Shown here: positions 39,417 to 51,787 of the stretch, one piece after another
Layout of the letters: each line of letters starts with the position of its first letter
How positions within the stretch are numbered: the first letter of the stretch is position 1
NCBI RefSeq assembly: GCF_001194135.2
Contig: NC_069005.1
Coordinates: forward strand, 15,962,669 to 16,026,668
DNA length: 64,000 nt
Reading direction: 5' to 3'
Source of the DNA: Octopus bimaculoides
Lineage: Eukaryota
Translations under genes and position numbers: made by a program
Notes under the pieces: generated by a model
Told to the model about the DNA's origin: nothing
Databases searched by the model: none
The model's input: the letters and a program-made list of their open reading frames with translations, nothing else

Positions 39417-39751
39417 AACTCGAAAAAAGATAAGGGTTAGCAATAGGAAGAGCATCCAGTTGTAAAACAATACCTCAATAATTATTCATCCAACCCATGT
39501 CAACATCAAAAAACAGGCAAAACAAATGAACAAACTTATGATAGGTATGTATGTATGTATCTTTTGGTAGCAATATTTTATAATGTATTGTGGTGGAAAG
39601 ATAATTGATAGTCAAAATTTGACCAAATTCCTAGTAAATGTGTTTAAACAGATATCTTGACATTATAGATGACACAACCATCTCACAGCAGTGACCATAT
39701 AATGAATGTCAACTCCACTAGCAGCCTTCTTTTACATCTTTGCCACTAAAG

Positions 39752-39794
39752 GTCACATTGCTTCAGAAGACAGAGGAGTTTATGTGGAGCCATG
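39752..39794 (+). other. Candidate 43-nt plus-strand exon (ends GCCATG|gtaaga)
   Basis: Pyrimidine tract plus AG, strong donor, all three frames open; no partner exon found. Confidence 0.25.
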
Positions 39795-40308
39795 GTAAGA
39801 ATTTAAAAATTAAAGTTCCTATAACATAAATGATGTATTTCCAAACTTGTATACTTCCATTAGAAATATACAATTTTGTTTTACAATTAGTTGAACAAAC
39901 ATTCTATCCTATGTATGCAAAGATGGAGAATGTTTGTGGTGCATACACACACACACACACAACCTCATATTCAGAATATACTCAAATATATTTTTATGTT
40001 TTATAAATACATCAACTACTTGGTGACCAATGGCACGAAAAAAAGCACCCAGAATATTCTGTAAAGTGGTTAGCATTAAAAGAGATATCCAGCCATAAAA
40101 ACCATGCCGAAGCTGACAACACAACCCTGTGGCTTACTGGATCCTGTCAAGCTGTCCAACCCATACTAGCACATTAACTTTAGATAAAGCCACTGTTTAT
40201 GGTGTGTGAAGCACTGAAATGAGGTATAACACCACACATCTATATTCAGAAAAATAACAATTAACAACTGCCATAAAAACACCAGGTAAAATAATATAAC
40301 AACATTAA

Positions 40309-40524
40309 TCCTTTAGCATTCACATTATTCTGTCTAAAGTAATGCTAGTTTAGTCATGTTGTTTTAAATTAATCAGGAACTATCTTGTAACTTGAGATTT
40401 TGATGAAGTAACTTAATTTTTAGAATGATATTGTGATGTTGATGTGAGGGCCAGATCCAGCCACTTTGTACATAAAATGGATAGAATATTTTGGCTGGAT
40501 ATGGTCGGTTTAAATACCAAGGCG
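40309..40524. mobile_element. piggyBac-type MITE, copy 2
   Basis: TTAA-flanked; internal cattcacattattctgtc...ggccagat shared with the other copies (opposite orientation to copy 1). Confidence 0.75.
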
Positions 40525-41394
40525 TTAAAACTAGTTTTGCAAGGAATTTCCTCTCACTTTACAACAAACATAAGGATAGCCACAAATCAGTTATTGACCA
40601 AAAACTATACCAAGAGACTCTATAGCTGAATGTAAAACATTTTGAGCCTTCAGCATCAAGAATTACAATGCAAAAATGGTCAAAACAAGATCAAAAGGAG
40701 CAGACACACAAGTGCTGAAATATGGAGCTCTGTCCACTGAAAGGAAAATTCTAGAAAAAAGCTTTACCTATCATGCTGGTATTTTCACAAAGAATAACTG
40801 ACAGAATGTCAGTTATGACAATGTAGGTTCCAGTTGATCCAATCAATAGAATAGCCTGCATGAAATTAATGCGCAAACAGTTGAACACTCCACAGACATG
40901 TGTACCCATATCATAGTTCCCAGGCAAGATTCAATGCGACACAGAATGGCCCTTTGAATTATAGGGCTAGCCCTTTGAATTATAGGGCTGGCCCTTTGAA
41001 TTATAGGGCTGGCCCTTTGAATTACAGGTAAACTCACTTTTGCCGGCTGAATGAACTGAAGCAACATGAAATAAAGTGTCTTGCTCAAAGACACAATGTG
41101 CAGCCAGGAATCGAAAGCCTGGCCTTATGATTGTGATAACCTAAACACTAAGCCATACACTCACACCATTTCCACAAATAACAACCCATCTACCTATACA
41201 GGGCTTAAAAGACACTATTCTCGATAGCATATTCCATCACTGACATCTGGAGAATACCACAGTACTTTCCAAATATCACCAACTTTGTAAACTCTGATTG
41301 TCTGGAACCTCTTATAGTCCACACTAATTTACAAAAACTTCAAATTCCTGCAGCTGCCAGACTAGTTTTACTGGTACTCTGGGGTGTACGGTAC

Positions 41395-41750
41395 TAATCT
41401 TTTATCCTTTACTTGTTTCAGTTATCTAACAGTGGTCATGCTGGGGCACCACCTTCAAAGGTTTTAGTCAAACAAATCAACCTTAAGACTTATATCTCTT
41501 AAAACCAAGTACTTATTCAATTAGTCACTTTTGCCAACCACTAAGTTACAGAAACATAAACACATCAACACTGGTTGTCAAGTGGCGGGAGAAAGACAAA
41601 CAGACACAAAAACACACACACACATATATGTATAGAAGAGGCTTATAACAGTTACTATCAGCTAAATCCACTCACAAGGCTTTGATCGGCCCAAGGCTAT
41701 AGTAAAAGACACTTGCCCAAGGTGCCATGCAGTGGGACTGAACCCAGAAT
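41395..41750 (-). mobile_element. SINE A
   Basis: Homology to 27161-27570. Confidence 0.8.
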
Positions 41751-42762
41751 GAGTGTTCTAGTTGATCTGATCAATAGAACAGCTTGCTCATGAAATTAAT
41801 GTGCAAGTGGCTGACCACATACAACATCTTTACACAGTTCCTCAAAGTCTTGTTTCACCACACTAATGAATTACAGTGGTTTGTATGTCCACCTAATTTT
41901 TTTCTATCTATCTCATTCTGCAGAAATAAATAAATGTTAAATTGCATAGGCACAGGTGTGGCTGTGTGGTAAGAAGTTTACTTCCCAACCACATGGTTCC
42001 AGGTTCAGAGCTGCATCTGCATACCTACTTAACTTAAACCTGATAAACATAATTACGTTACACCTGGCAATTATATTATATTATATTATAACATCAATCA
42101 TTCATTCATTACATATATCTCCACACAGAAATATAGAACATAAACACAATTACACAGGTGTATATTATATTAGGTTTACAAGATTAAGTTAGCCATTGCA
42201 CAGAATTCTATATGAGGAGAGAGGGGAGATATACATATATATATATATATATATATAGGGAGAGAGGGGGAGAGAGGGGGGAGAAAGAGAGTGAGAGAGA
42301 GTTTGTATGTGTGTGTACAAGATTATCTTTCGCATATATTATGAGATCAATGTTTTTGCATTTAATTTCAATTTTCCATTCTCCCTTGACACTAATATCA
42401 AGATATCTACTTTAGAACAACAGATAGCAAATGGATTTGTGTCTGTTTTTCTGTTTGTTTTTTGTTGTTAATACATTGCTGTGTTTAGGAATGCAAGGTT
42501 GGTAGATTTTCAAGAACTGGTAGAACTGCCAAATTCTAATGCATTCTCCAAATTTATTTTCCATACTGAGAGAAGCACAACTAGCATTTGTAATCTTTTT
42601 TTCTAGAGAACCTCCAATAAAGCTGGTACAGGTTCCTAATTGTAATGATTCCCTACTGCAAATGGATAGTTTCCTGTGAAAACATGTAGTGCTCATGCAA
42701 TCAATAAAACTTACTTTTCATGCAGCTAGCAACTTTCATGTTACATTGACAATTGGAAAATA

Positions 42763-44013
42763 CAGGGTGAATAAGGTATTTCAGGACATAGCTTTTATGG
42801 GTCATTGCAACATCTTTTTCTAACTCTGTATCTTTGTTTCAGAAAATAATAATGGCAGACCCTCAGCTTACTCAACAAATGAAGAGACATGCTGTTATTG
42901 TGGTTATAAAGGCTGAGCATAGCGATTTAGAAATACCTCCATTTTTAAAAGTTGCCAGATTTTTCGTCTACAAAGTTTGTAATGAGCTAGAGACTGAAGA
43001 TGGAAACGTATCAGCAGTATCAAAGTATAAAAAGCATTCTAAACACCCTGAAATCACCTGAATTTATCCAGCAAGTTTAACAGACCATTGATTACGGTCC
43101 CAGAAAGTCCATGAGGTCAATTGCAAAAGATCTCCATGTGTCAGAAGGAACAGTCAGAAATGTTGTCCATGAAGACATCAGATATAAGTCTTATATGATG
43201 AGGAAAGGTCAATTTGCCAGAAAAAGCAAAAGAAAATCACTATATCAGATCTAAAAGGCTCTTAAACAAACTGAATAACCCAGCTGAAGATGATTTGATT
43301 TGGTTTTTCTCAAATGAGAAAAACTTCGCCCAAGATCAAAAAGTTAACAGAAGAAATGACAGATGCTTATGTGCAGACCCTTCTGAAGTTCCAAGTTTTA
43401 TGCATACAAAATTTCCTGCAACTGTCATGGTTTTAGGGGTTATCAGCAATGAAGGACATATGATGCCTCCTTACTTCTTTCCACAAGGCCTTACAGTTAA
43501 CTCTGCCACCTACATTGAGGCCATGGAAATAATTGTTCAGCCCTGGATAGACAGTGTATGCAATGGAAGGCCATATGTGTTTCAGTAAGACTCTGCACTA
43601 TCACACATGGCTCTAGTAACACAGGAATGGATGGCTGAAAATTTTCATAATCACATAACCCCTAACATTTGGCCTCCTAATTTCCCAGATCTCAATCCAT
43701 TGGATTATTACATGTGGAGCATTGTTGAGAGAGAGGTCAATAAATACGTCCATAACACCAAAGATTCTTTGAAAGCTGCCATAGTCAGAGTAATGTCCAA
43801 AATGAACCAGAACCACTTGATTCAAGGATGTAGATGATTTAGATCTCATATAGAAGCAGTTGTTGAAGCTGAAGGTGGCTTTATTGAATAATGTTATAGA
43901 AAAGAAGGTTTATTTTTATCTTCATAGAATATTTTGATTAATAAAGTTATCTGTTATTATATATCTGTGTTTTTATAAACATAAATCTGTCCTCAAATAT
44001 TATATGCACCCTG
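42763..44013 (+). mobile_element. Near full-length Tc1/mariner DD37D (maT-type) transposon, transposase pseudogenised
   Basis: TA-flanked TIRs CAGGGTG..TA...TATTT.AGGACA at both ends; transposase across ORFs 42834..43061, 43214..43588, 43607..43837 with FSNEK (D>N), FQ*DSA and WPPNFPDLNPLD; 37 residues between the 2nd and 3rd D; frameshifts and stops. Confidence 0.92.
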
Positions 44014-45361
44014 TATATACGCTAATTGTATAGAGGTCTATGTGTATATATATTAACTTGATAGATCTCTTAACGGCTAGATGATTCAAACTTGAGTCCA
44101 TACTAACATATATATAAATGATTAAATTTGATTTGATCTGATGGATTGTGAAGAGGTAGAAAATCTCAACTGAGCCAATGGTGCTTCTCACATTGATGCT
44201 GAGTGGAGAAACCCTAGAAGATCAACAGACAGGATCACCAAACTCTATCAAGAGAGTAACTGCAATACATCCATAGGGGTGGCATCCATAGTTGCGTAAT
44301 TAGCTAATGAAAGATTCATTTTGACTCAAGTTCCAAATTCAAATTCATTGTAATGGAATTAAATGGTGACAGAGTGTCATGGGAATCCGTGAAAGCAGTG
44401 AAAAAATAACAAAACAAACCAAAACTGGTTGTCCAGCAGTGGTGAGAGATAAACATAAACACAAACCTACACAGATATATACATATATATAATCAATGGG
44501 GCTTCTTTATTTTTCTATCTACAAATCCACTCACCAGGCTTTGGTGAGACTGGGGCTAATGTAGAAAACACTTGCTTAGCAAGCCATGCAGTGGGACTGA
44601 ACCGAAGATCATAAGGTTCAGAAGCTGGCTTCTCAACCTCAGCCACACAATCATGAGGTAGTGAGTTTGATTCCCAGACCAGGCTGTAAGTTGTGTTCTT
44701 CACATCACTCCAGTTTGATCAGCTGTAGAAATGAGTTGCGACATCACTGGTGCCAATCTGTATTGGCCTTTGCCTTTCCCTTAGATAACATCGATGGCAG
44801 GAAGGCTGGTATGTATAGGCAACTGCTGGTCTTCCATAAACAACCTTGCCCGGATTGTGCCTTGAGGGTAACTTTTTAGGTGCAATCCCAAAGTCATTCA
44901 TGACCAAAGGGTATCTTTACCCTTTCTGGTTAGTCAGAGAGGGAATGCCCATTACCCATGTAAGCTCCCCCAAGTGGTGAAGCTGATTTTATATATTATA
45001 TTGCAGATTTATTGTCTGAATTAGTAAACTTTATCCGTGTGATTTGAGTGTTTCTGCCCAAGACCACATGTTGCAGCCAAGCACCAATAATCCACATAGC
45101 TGTGACTCACTAAAGTAAAATATAACAACAGTGGAAGAAATTATTTCTTATCTAAGTGTACAGTAAAACATTGGTGGGAATAGTTTTTTCTTTTTTTATA
45201 CTTGTGTCTTCTCTAAGATACTATCTTTATTATTTACTCACTGTTGATTCTATTGTTTTCCATTAATCTTGTTATTTTGTTGCAAAGCTGTAATATTTTC
45301 TCTTGTATTTTGTATTTCATTAGAAAAAAATTCAAAATGAAAGTAAATATCTTTTTTATTT

Positions 45362-45735
45362 TTCTACTTGTTTCAGTCATTAGACTGTGGTCATGCTGGG
45401 GCACAGTCTTGAATAGTTTTAGTAGAATAAATTGACCCCAGAATTTTCTTTTTGGTTTTAAATCTGGTACTTATTCTCTCAGTTTCTTTTGCCAAACTGT
45501 TAAGTTATGGGGACATAAGCACACCAATACCAGTTGTCAGGTGGTGGTGGTGGTGGTGAGGACAGACACAAATACACACACACACGATGGGCTTCTTTCA
45601 GTTTCCACCCACCAAATCCACTCACAAGGCTTTGGTTGGCCTGAAGCTACAGTAGAAGGCACTTGCCCAAGGTGCCATGCAGTGGAATTGAACCCAGAAC
45701 AATGTGGATGGGAAGCAGACTTCTTACTACACAGC
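45362..45735 (-). mobile_element. SINE A
   Basis: Homology to 27161-27570. Confidence 0.82.
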
Positions 45736-45836
45736 ATCAGTTTCAATGATGAGAAATTTGTGGTCCATTATCAGAATTACCAGCTCATTGAATTATCATT
45801 TAAGTGGCTGAGTATTCCACAGATGTGAACCCTTAA

Positions 45837-46053
45837 CCTTTTCGCATTCACATTACTCTGTCAAATGTAATGCTAATTTATTCACAGTTTTGAATTAATC
45901 ATGCATAATCTTGTAGCTTTGAGATTTTGATGATGTGATTGCTTGTTTTAGACTGACATTGTAGTGTAGGTGTGAGAGGCCTGATCTGCTCTATTTGAAC
46001 ATAAAACAGGTAGAATATTTGGGCCAGATATGGCCAGTTTAAATGCTAAAGGT
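45837..46053. mobile_element. piggyBac-type MITE, copy 3
   Basis: TTAA|ccttttcgcattcac...gctaaaggt|TTAA. Confidence 0.8.
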
Positions 46054-46099
46054 TTAATGTAATCCTCAAGTAGAATCAGTTTGACACAATATACGATGA

Positions 46100-47510
46100 G
46101 GCTTCTGCATAGTTTCCTCTAACCAGTTTTACTCCTAATGCCAACCACTCCGAGAGTGTAGTGGGTGCTTTTTACATGCCACCAGCACAGGGGCCAGAGG
46201 AGTTGGCATCAACCACAATTGGATGGTGCATTTTACGTGCCACCGGCACGGAGGCCAGTCAAAGCAGCACTGGCATCGGCCACATTCGGATGGTGCTTTT
46301 TATGTGCTACCGACATGGGGGTTACAACTAATATATATATATATATATATATCGAGCGAGATCGTTGCCAGTGCCCCTGGGCTGGCTCTTGTGCGGGTGA
46401 CACATGAAATTTTTCGNNNNNNNNNNNNNNNNNNNNNNNNNNNNNNNNNNNNNNNNNNNNNNNNNNNNNNNNNNNNNNNNNNNNNNNNNNNNNNNNNNNN
46501 NNNNNNNNNNNNNNNNNNNNNNNNNNNNNNNNNNNNNNNNNNNNNNNNNNNNNNNNNNNNNNNNNNNNNNNNNNNNNNNNNNNNNNNNNNNNNNNNNNNN
46601 NNNNNNNNNNNNNNNNNNNNNNNNNNNNNNNNNNNNNNNNNNNNNNNNNNNNNNNNNNNNNNNNNNNNNNNNNNNNNNNNNNNNNNNNNNNNNNNNNNNN
46701 NNNNNNNNNNNNNNNNNNNNNNNNNNNNNNNNNNNNNNNNNNNNNNNNNNNNNNNNNNNNNNNNNNNNNNNNNNNNNNNNNNNNNNNNNNNNNNNNNNNN
46801 NNNNNNNNNNNNNNNNNNNNNNNNNNNNNNNNNNNNNNNNNNNNNNNNNNNNNNNNNNNNNNNNNNNNNNNNNNNNNNNNNNNNNNNNNNNNNNNNNNNN
46901 NNNNNNNNNNNNNNNNNNNNNNNNNNNNNNNNNNNNNNNNNNNNNNNNNNNNNNNNNNNNNNNNNNNNNNNNNNNNNNNNNNNNNNNNNNNNNNNNNNNN
47001 NNNNNNNNNNNNNNNNNNNNNNNNNNNNNNNNNNNNNNNNNNNNNNNNNNNNNNNNNNNNNNNNNNNNNNNNNNNNNNNNNNNNNNNNNNNNNNNNNNNN
47101 NNNNNNNNNNNNNNNNNNNNNNNNNNNNNNNNNNNNNNNNNNNNNNNNNNNNNNNNNNNNNNNNNNNNNNNNNNNNNNNNNNNNNNNNNNNNNNNNNNNN
47201 NNNNNNNNNNNNNNNTCGAGCGAGATCGTTGCCAGTGCCCCTGGACTGGCTCATGTGTGGGTGACACATGAAATGCACCATTTTGAGCATGGCCATTGCC
47301 AGTACCGCCTGACTGGCCTTCGTGCGGGTGACACGTAAAAGCACCCACTCCACTCTCTGAGTGGTTGGCATTAGGAAGGGCATCCAGCTGTAGAAACTCT
47401 GCCAAATCAGATTGGAGCCTGGTGTAGCCATCTGGTTTCACCAGTCCTCAGTCAAATCGTCCAACCCATGCTAGCATGGACAGCAGACGTTAAACGATGA
47501 TGATGATGTA
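46100..47510 (+). mobile_element. RTE-tail repeat (family C) with an internal tandem array collapsed into an N gap
   Basis: tcgagcgagatcgttgccagtgcccct on both sides of the gap; ends tccaacccatgctagcatgga...gatgatgatg. Other family C copies at ~375-600, 5095-5285, 11555-11720, 13955-14270, 23295-23600, 36185-36525 and 54345-54790. Confidence 0.8.
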
Positions 47511-48120
47511 TGTATGTATGTATATATGTACATATATGTAAGTGACACCCAGTACACTCTACAGAATTGGTGGGATTAGGAAGGGCATCCAGCCAAAAAT
47601 ACAAAACAGACTGGAGACTGGTGCAGCTCTCTAGTTTACCAGTTCCAGTCAAACTGTCCAACCCATGCCAGTATGGAAAATGGACACTAAATAATGATGA
47701 TGTGTGCATATATATGCATATACATACATGTACATATGTGTGTGTGTATATATATATCTATATATATAAAACAAAGGATGTGTGTTTACACACACATTAC
47801 TTATGCGCCAAGGATGGTCATGCACTATAACATTTTGCCCAGAGCTCCCGCATAAAGTGAGAAACTGGGGGAAAAGGCATTTCACTAGGTTTTTCTCTAA
47901 AATCTGCAGTTTTCAACCGATTCTCTCCCTTTTCTCTCTCTGCTTATTTCTATCTTCTCTTTCTTTTTCTCATTCTCTGTTTCTCTTGCTTACATATATT
48001 CTCTCTCACCCTCTGTATTAGTTCCTCTCTTTAAGTCTATGTCTGTTTCATTCACTCATTCATTTACTCTCTCTCTCTCTCTGAAAACTGACTTCAGTGT
48101 ATTTCAATTTTGTCATGCAT

Positions 48121-48385
48121 GGGCATATGGCATAGTGGTTAAGAGCACGGGCTACTAACTCCAAATTCCGAGTTCAATTCCAGGCAGTGACCTGAATAAT
48201 AATAATAATAAAATAATAATAATAACATTGTAAAATACTTTGGGAATGGGAACCCAGGTTCGAAATTTCCCCAAGACACCTGATGAAGGTTGGAGTGTAT
48301 ATCAGCCAAAACGTTGTGCTAACAAAACAACAAACAAGATGAGGACAAATATCCGTCTAATGTAAATAATGTACATAATTCCTTA
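48121..48385 (+). mobile_element. tRNA-headed SINE with (AAT)n spacer and Penelope-like hammerhead tail
   Basis: A box tggcatagtggtt, B box gagttcaattcc, then (AAT)n and the hammerhead-like motif at 48275-48320. Confidence 0.65.
48275..48320 (+). ncRNA. Minimal hammerhead-like motif with palindromic helix III (ACGU), G12>A
   Basis: gacac-CTGATGA-a-ggttgg/tcagcc-AAAA-CG-TT-gtgct, in the tail of a tRNA-headed SINE. Confidence 0.55.
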
Positions 48386-48778
48386 TCTCTTGTGATACAG
48401 CCTTCGTTACTAACCAATGAGAATTCAACCATGCCACTGAGTGTTCATGCGTTAGAAAAAGATATCCTAAAGTGGCTCAAGTTTTTTCACTCAAGCTATT
48501 TTCTTCTAGAGCTTTATACACTGAAATGGGGTTTGTAATTTCTGTCTATAAATTGACTTCCTTGTATGATATAATAGTATTTCACTTTTATTCTTTCACA
48601 TTTAATTCTAATGTGGTAAGACTATAATATTGTTTCACATTTATTCTTTCACTTTTGTGTGTGTGTTTGCACATTCGATACGTACAAGAGAGTAAAGGAC
48701 ATTTTATACCATGATGACAACAACGTCACATACATGAATCTCTGAGTGTATGTCGGTAGGTGTATGAGTGTGTATGTC

Positions 48779-48815
<37 letters not shown>

Positions 48816-51039
48816 CCATGTTACTTACATTATTAAACACACACACACATCTACATATACACATGTGACAACTGACATGCGTGAATGTATGCCTGTATGT
48901 GTCTCTCTTACTATATGTGTGAGAGTGTATGTGTACAGATCGTCACACTGTATATGAATTTGTATGTGTCTGTGAGTGTGTGTGTTTGCATGCCTGTTAC
49001 GTACATTATTAAACACACACACATACATCTACACATACATATGTGAAACCCCAGCCATTCTTGTCAAAACTGAACCTTCCACAATTACGTGCAAGGTCCA
49101 AGTTATATAAAAATACACATCTACCATTCAATTAACAGTTCATAGCTATTGCAGCAGTTGCAAGATTGCAAGGTATTACAATTTGCTTATATTTGGTTAA
49201 TTTACACAAAAACATAGACATACTATATACAACTTATAAAAATAGAGATTAATGTATATTTTTTCCTATGTTCATAATTTTTTGTTTAAAATATTGAAAA
49301 AATATGGCACCAAAGAAAATATGTAATCTCTCCAGAAACACCTATAAAGCAAGGAGGAGTGCAGAAAACCAAAGGCAAGAATCTCAAGACATAAGGGACA
49401 TGAAACTTTCCGAACATCAGCGAAGGCATACTGCAGCATGTCTGATGGAGTCCCAAGACAGAAGGGAAATGAAACTTTCTCAGCATCAGCAGGGGCATGC
49501 TGCAGCACATCAGATTGAGTCTCAAGAGAAGGGTGACGAAACTTTACCAAGATTAGCAAAGGCATGCTGCAGCACTTAATGCTGAATCATTGAAACAATG
49601 TTTAGGACACCAGATTACACAGAGGTCCAATAGAATAGCTCTCAGAAACAGACCATGTACAAATTCGTTCTTCACAACACCTGGAGCTGCTTTCATATAT
49701 GATCCAGCCCATTCTTATAAAAATGATAATTCTGTCCAAATTGGTGTGCTAAACTCAAATTGTTGTTTATGCAAAGCTTTAAAATTTACTCCACAAATGT
49801 TTTATTGTCAATGCTGCACTTTCCTGTATCACCTGTTTCAACATAACTGTAATATATTTATACAAACTATGCCGTTTTAATCTTGAGCAATGTCGGGTAT
49901 CTCTGCTAGTATATATATATATATATTTATACCAATGTATACACCTATCTAAAATCTAGTATTCTTTATATTGTGTCCATTTAACTTAGCAGTTTCACAA
50001 ACAGAGCCAATAATTAAGTACCAAACTGAAATAAGTAACAACGTTGATATAAGCACCTCAAACTCTTGAAGGTAGTACCCCAGCATGGCCTCAGTCCAAC
50101 GTGTCAACCCAGTAAAAGAGTATTAGAATATAGGCTTTTATAAAATAATCACTTTTCATTCAAATATTCTTCTCTGATATCTATATAGATCTGCCTGATA
50201 GCTTTTCTAACTTCTCCATCTTGTTCTTGGCTAAATTCCATTTTGCCTCCTCTGTCTGGCCCCTGCATGAATGCCTATATGCACTACAATACATCACATA
50301 GTGACTCCCATTTCTCACCATTATGTCTTAACAATGCACAAGGAGTGAACTTCTTGTTTTCTCAACTTTTGAGAAATTGGAAAAATGCCAACATTAATCA
50401 CATTGAGACATAAACCATATTCCATCGACTGAAATCATACAGCAATTCACACACAAGTAAAAGATCTGGCTCAGTGACTTATCTAAATAGAAGCCATATG
50501 ATGCTACTGACTCCACCGTTTCACAAATGGAGAAGCAAAGAGTGTAAGAAAAAAAAAAATAAAAGCAAAATAAAATGTAATCGTCTATAAATTTTATTGA
50601 TGTAGATATATGAAATGTTAAGTGAGCAAAAAGGGAGAGAACTCGTGTTATATCAAACTTTACGAAAGACAAATAAATTTCCATTTCAATTTTTAGTAAA
50701 CTATTCTATGTATTTGTTTTGAAAGATTCTTGATGTGAAATAATCTGCTGTAACAGATATTGTTATATTTGGGGATGGTCAGCTTTTGCCAATAAACACA
50801 TGCACTATTTATTTGATCTTCACTTTACCTCCATTATTACAAGTAGCTATTGTAAAGCAGGTTGCAGGCAGAATTGTTAGCATGCCAGACAAAATGCATA
50901 GCAGCGTTTCATCTGCCTTCATGTACTGAGTTCAAATTCTAGCAAGGTTGACTTTGCCTTTCATACTTTTAGGGTTTATAAAATAGGTACCAAATGAGCA
51001 TTTAACCACCACCCACCGAACTTGCTGGCCAAAATTTGA

Positions 51040-51071
<32 letters not shown>

Positions 51072-51221
51072 TAATAATAATAATAAATGCCCGGATGCAG
51101 TACCAGGCAGTAGCTCTCATGGCTTCTGATCTTAATTGATTGGAAGTGTTATCATGTACATTGTTTTGTCGAAATTATTATAACATAAATTTTATATATA
51201 TATATATATATACAAACATAT

Positions 51222-51786
51222 ATCTTGGGTCATCTCATATATAAAGTGTTTATTTTTTATACTTCTTTTATTTTTCAAAATTAAAATAAAGAAAGTTCTT
51301 TTTTAATCTAAAATATACTCTCCTTCATTTTCTACAATGCTCATCCATCTATCTGGTAGATTTGCAAGGCCCCTCTTCCAAAATTCAGTAGTCTGTGATG
51401 AAAAATACTTCTCCAGTACTGTTCTGACCTCATCTACAGAATTCATAAAACTGTAGAATAAATGATAATCAGATGGGGCAATGTCCAGCAAATATAGTGG
51501 GTGGGGCATCGTTTTCCCATTCAAACTGCTCCAGTCTTTCGAATGTCATCCTTGCTGCATGTGGCTGAGCATTATCCTGAGGGAAGAATACCTTTCGTCT
51601 TGAAACTCAATTTGCTGACTTTTCCGATGGCACACAAGTGTCGATGAATGGTTGAATGACCAAACCTAAGCTTCTCGGCTAGTTCCTCAACAGTTACAAC
51701 AGGATTTTGGACCACCAGAGTTTGCAGGACATCTTCGTCGATCTCTGCAGATCTTCCAGGACGTCTCTAAATCTCTGTCCATTTGC
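51222..51786 (-). mobile_element. Internally deleted mariner element, 5' part truncated by an RTE insertion
   Basis: HTH remnant RPGRS...ELAEKL...TIHRHL..IGKVSKL joined to QDNAQPHAA...HPLYLLDIAPSDYHLF...RW...EGEY (ORF 51303..51524). Confidence 0.85.
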
Positions 51787-51787
51787 A

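Larger units (their letters stand above)
47757..49909 (+). mobile_element. Internally deleted Helitron with RepHel N-terminal remnants
   Basis: Candidate 5' TCtatatatataaaac; ORF 49304..49579 with the MAPKK...ESQ..R..KL repeat typical of Helitron N-termini; AAFIYDP...VQIG...C..CKALKF remnant in ORF 49590..49880; 3' decayed hairpin cttgagcaatgtcggg then CTAG|T at 49906-49910. Linking the 5' end to the 3' end is inferred. Confidence 0.7.

Noticed and set aside
42470-42700. Plus-strand peptide NARLVDFQEL...EPPIKLVQVP
   Set aside because: Needs a frameshift; no recognisable homology.
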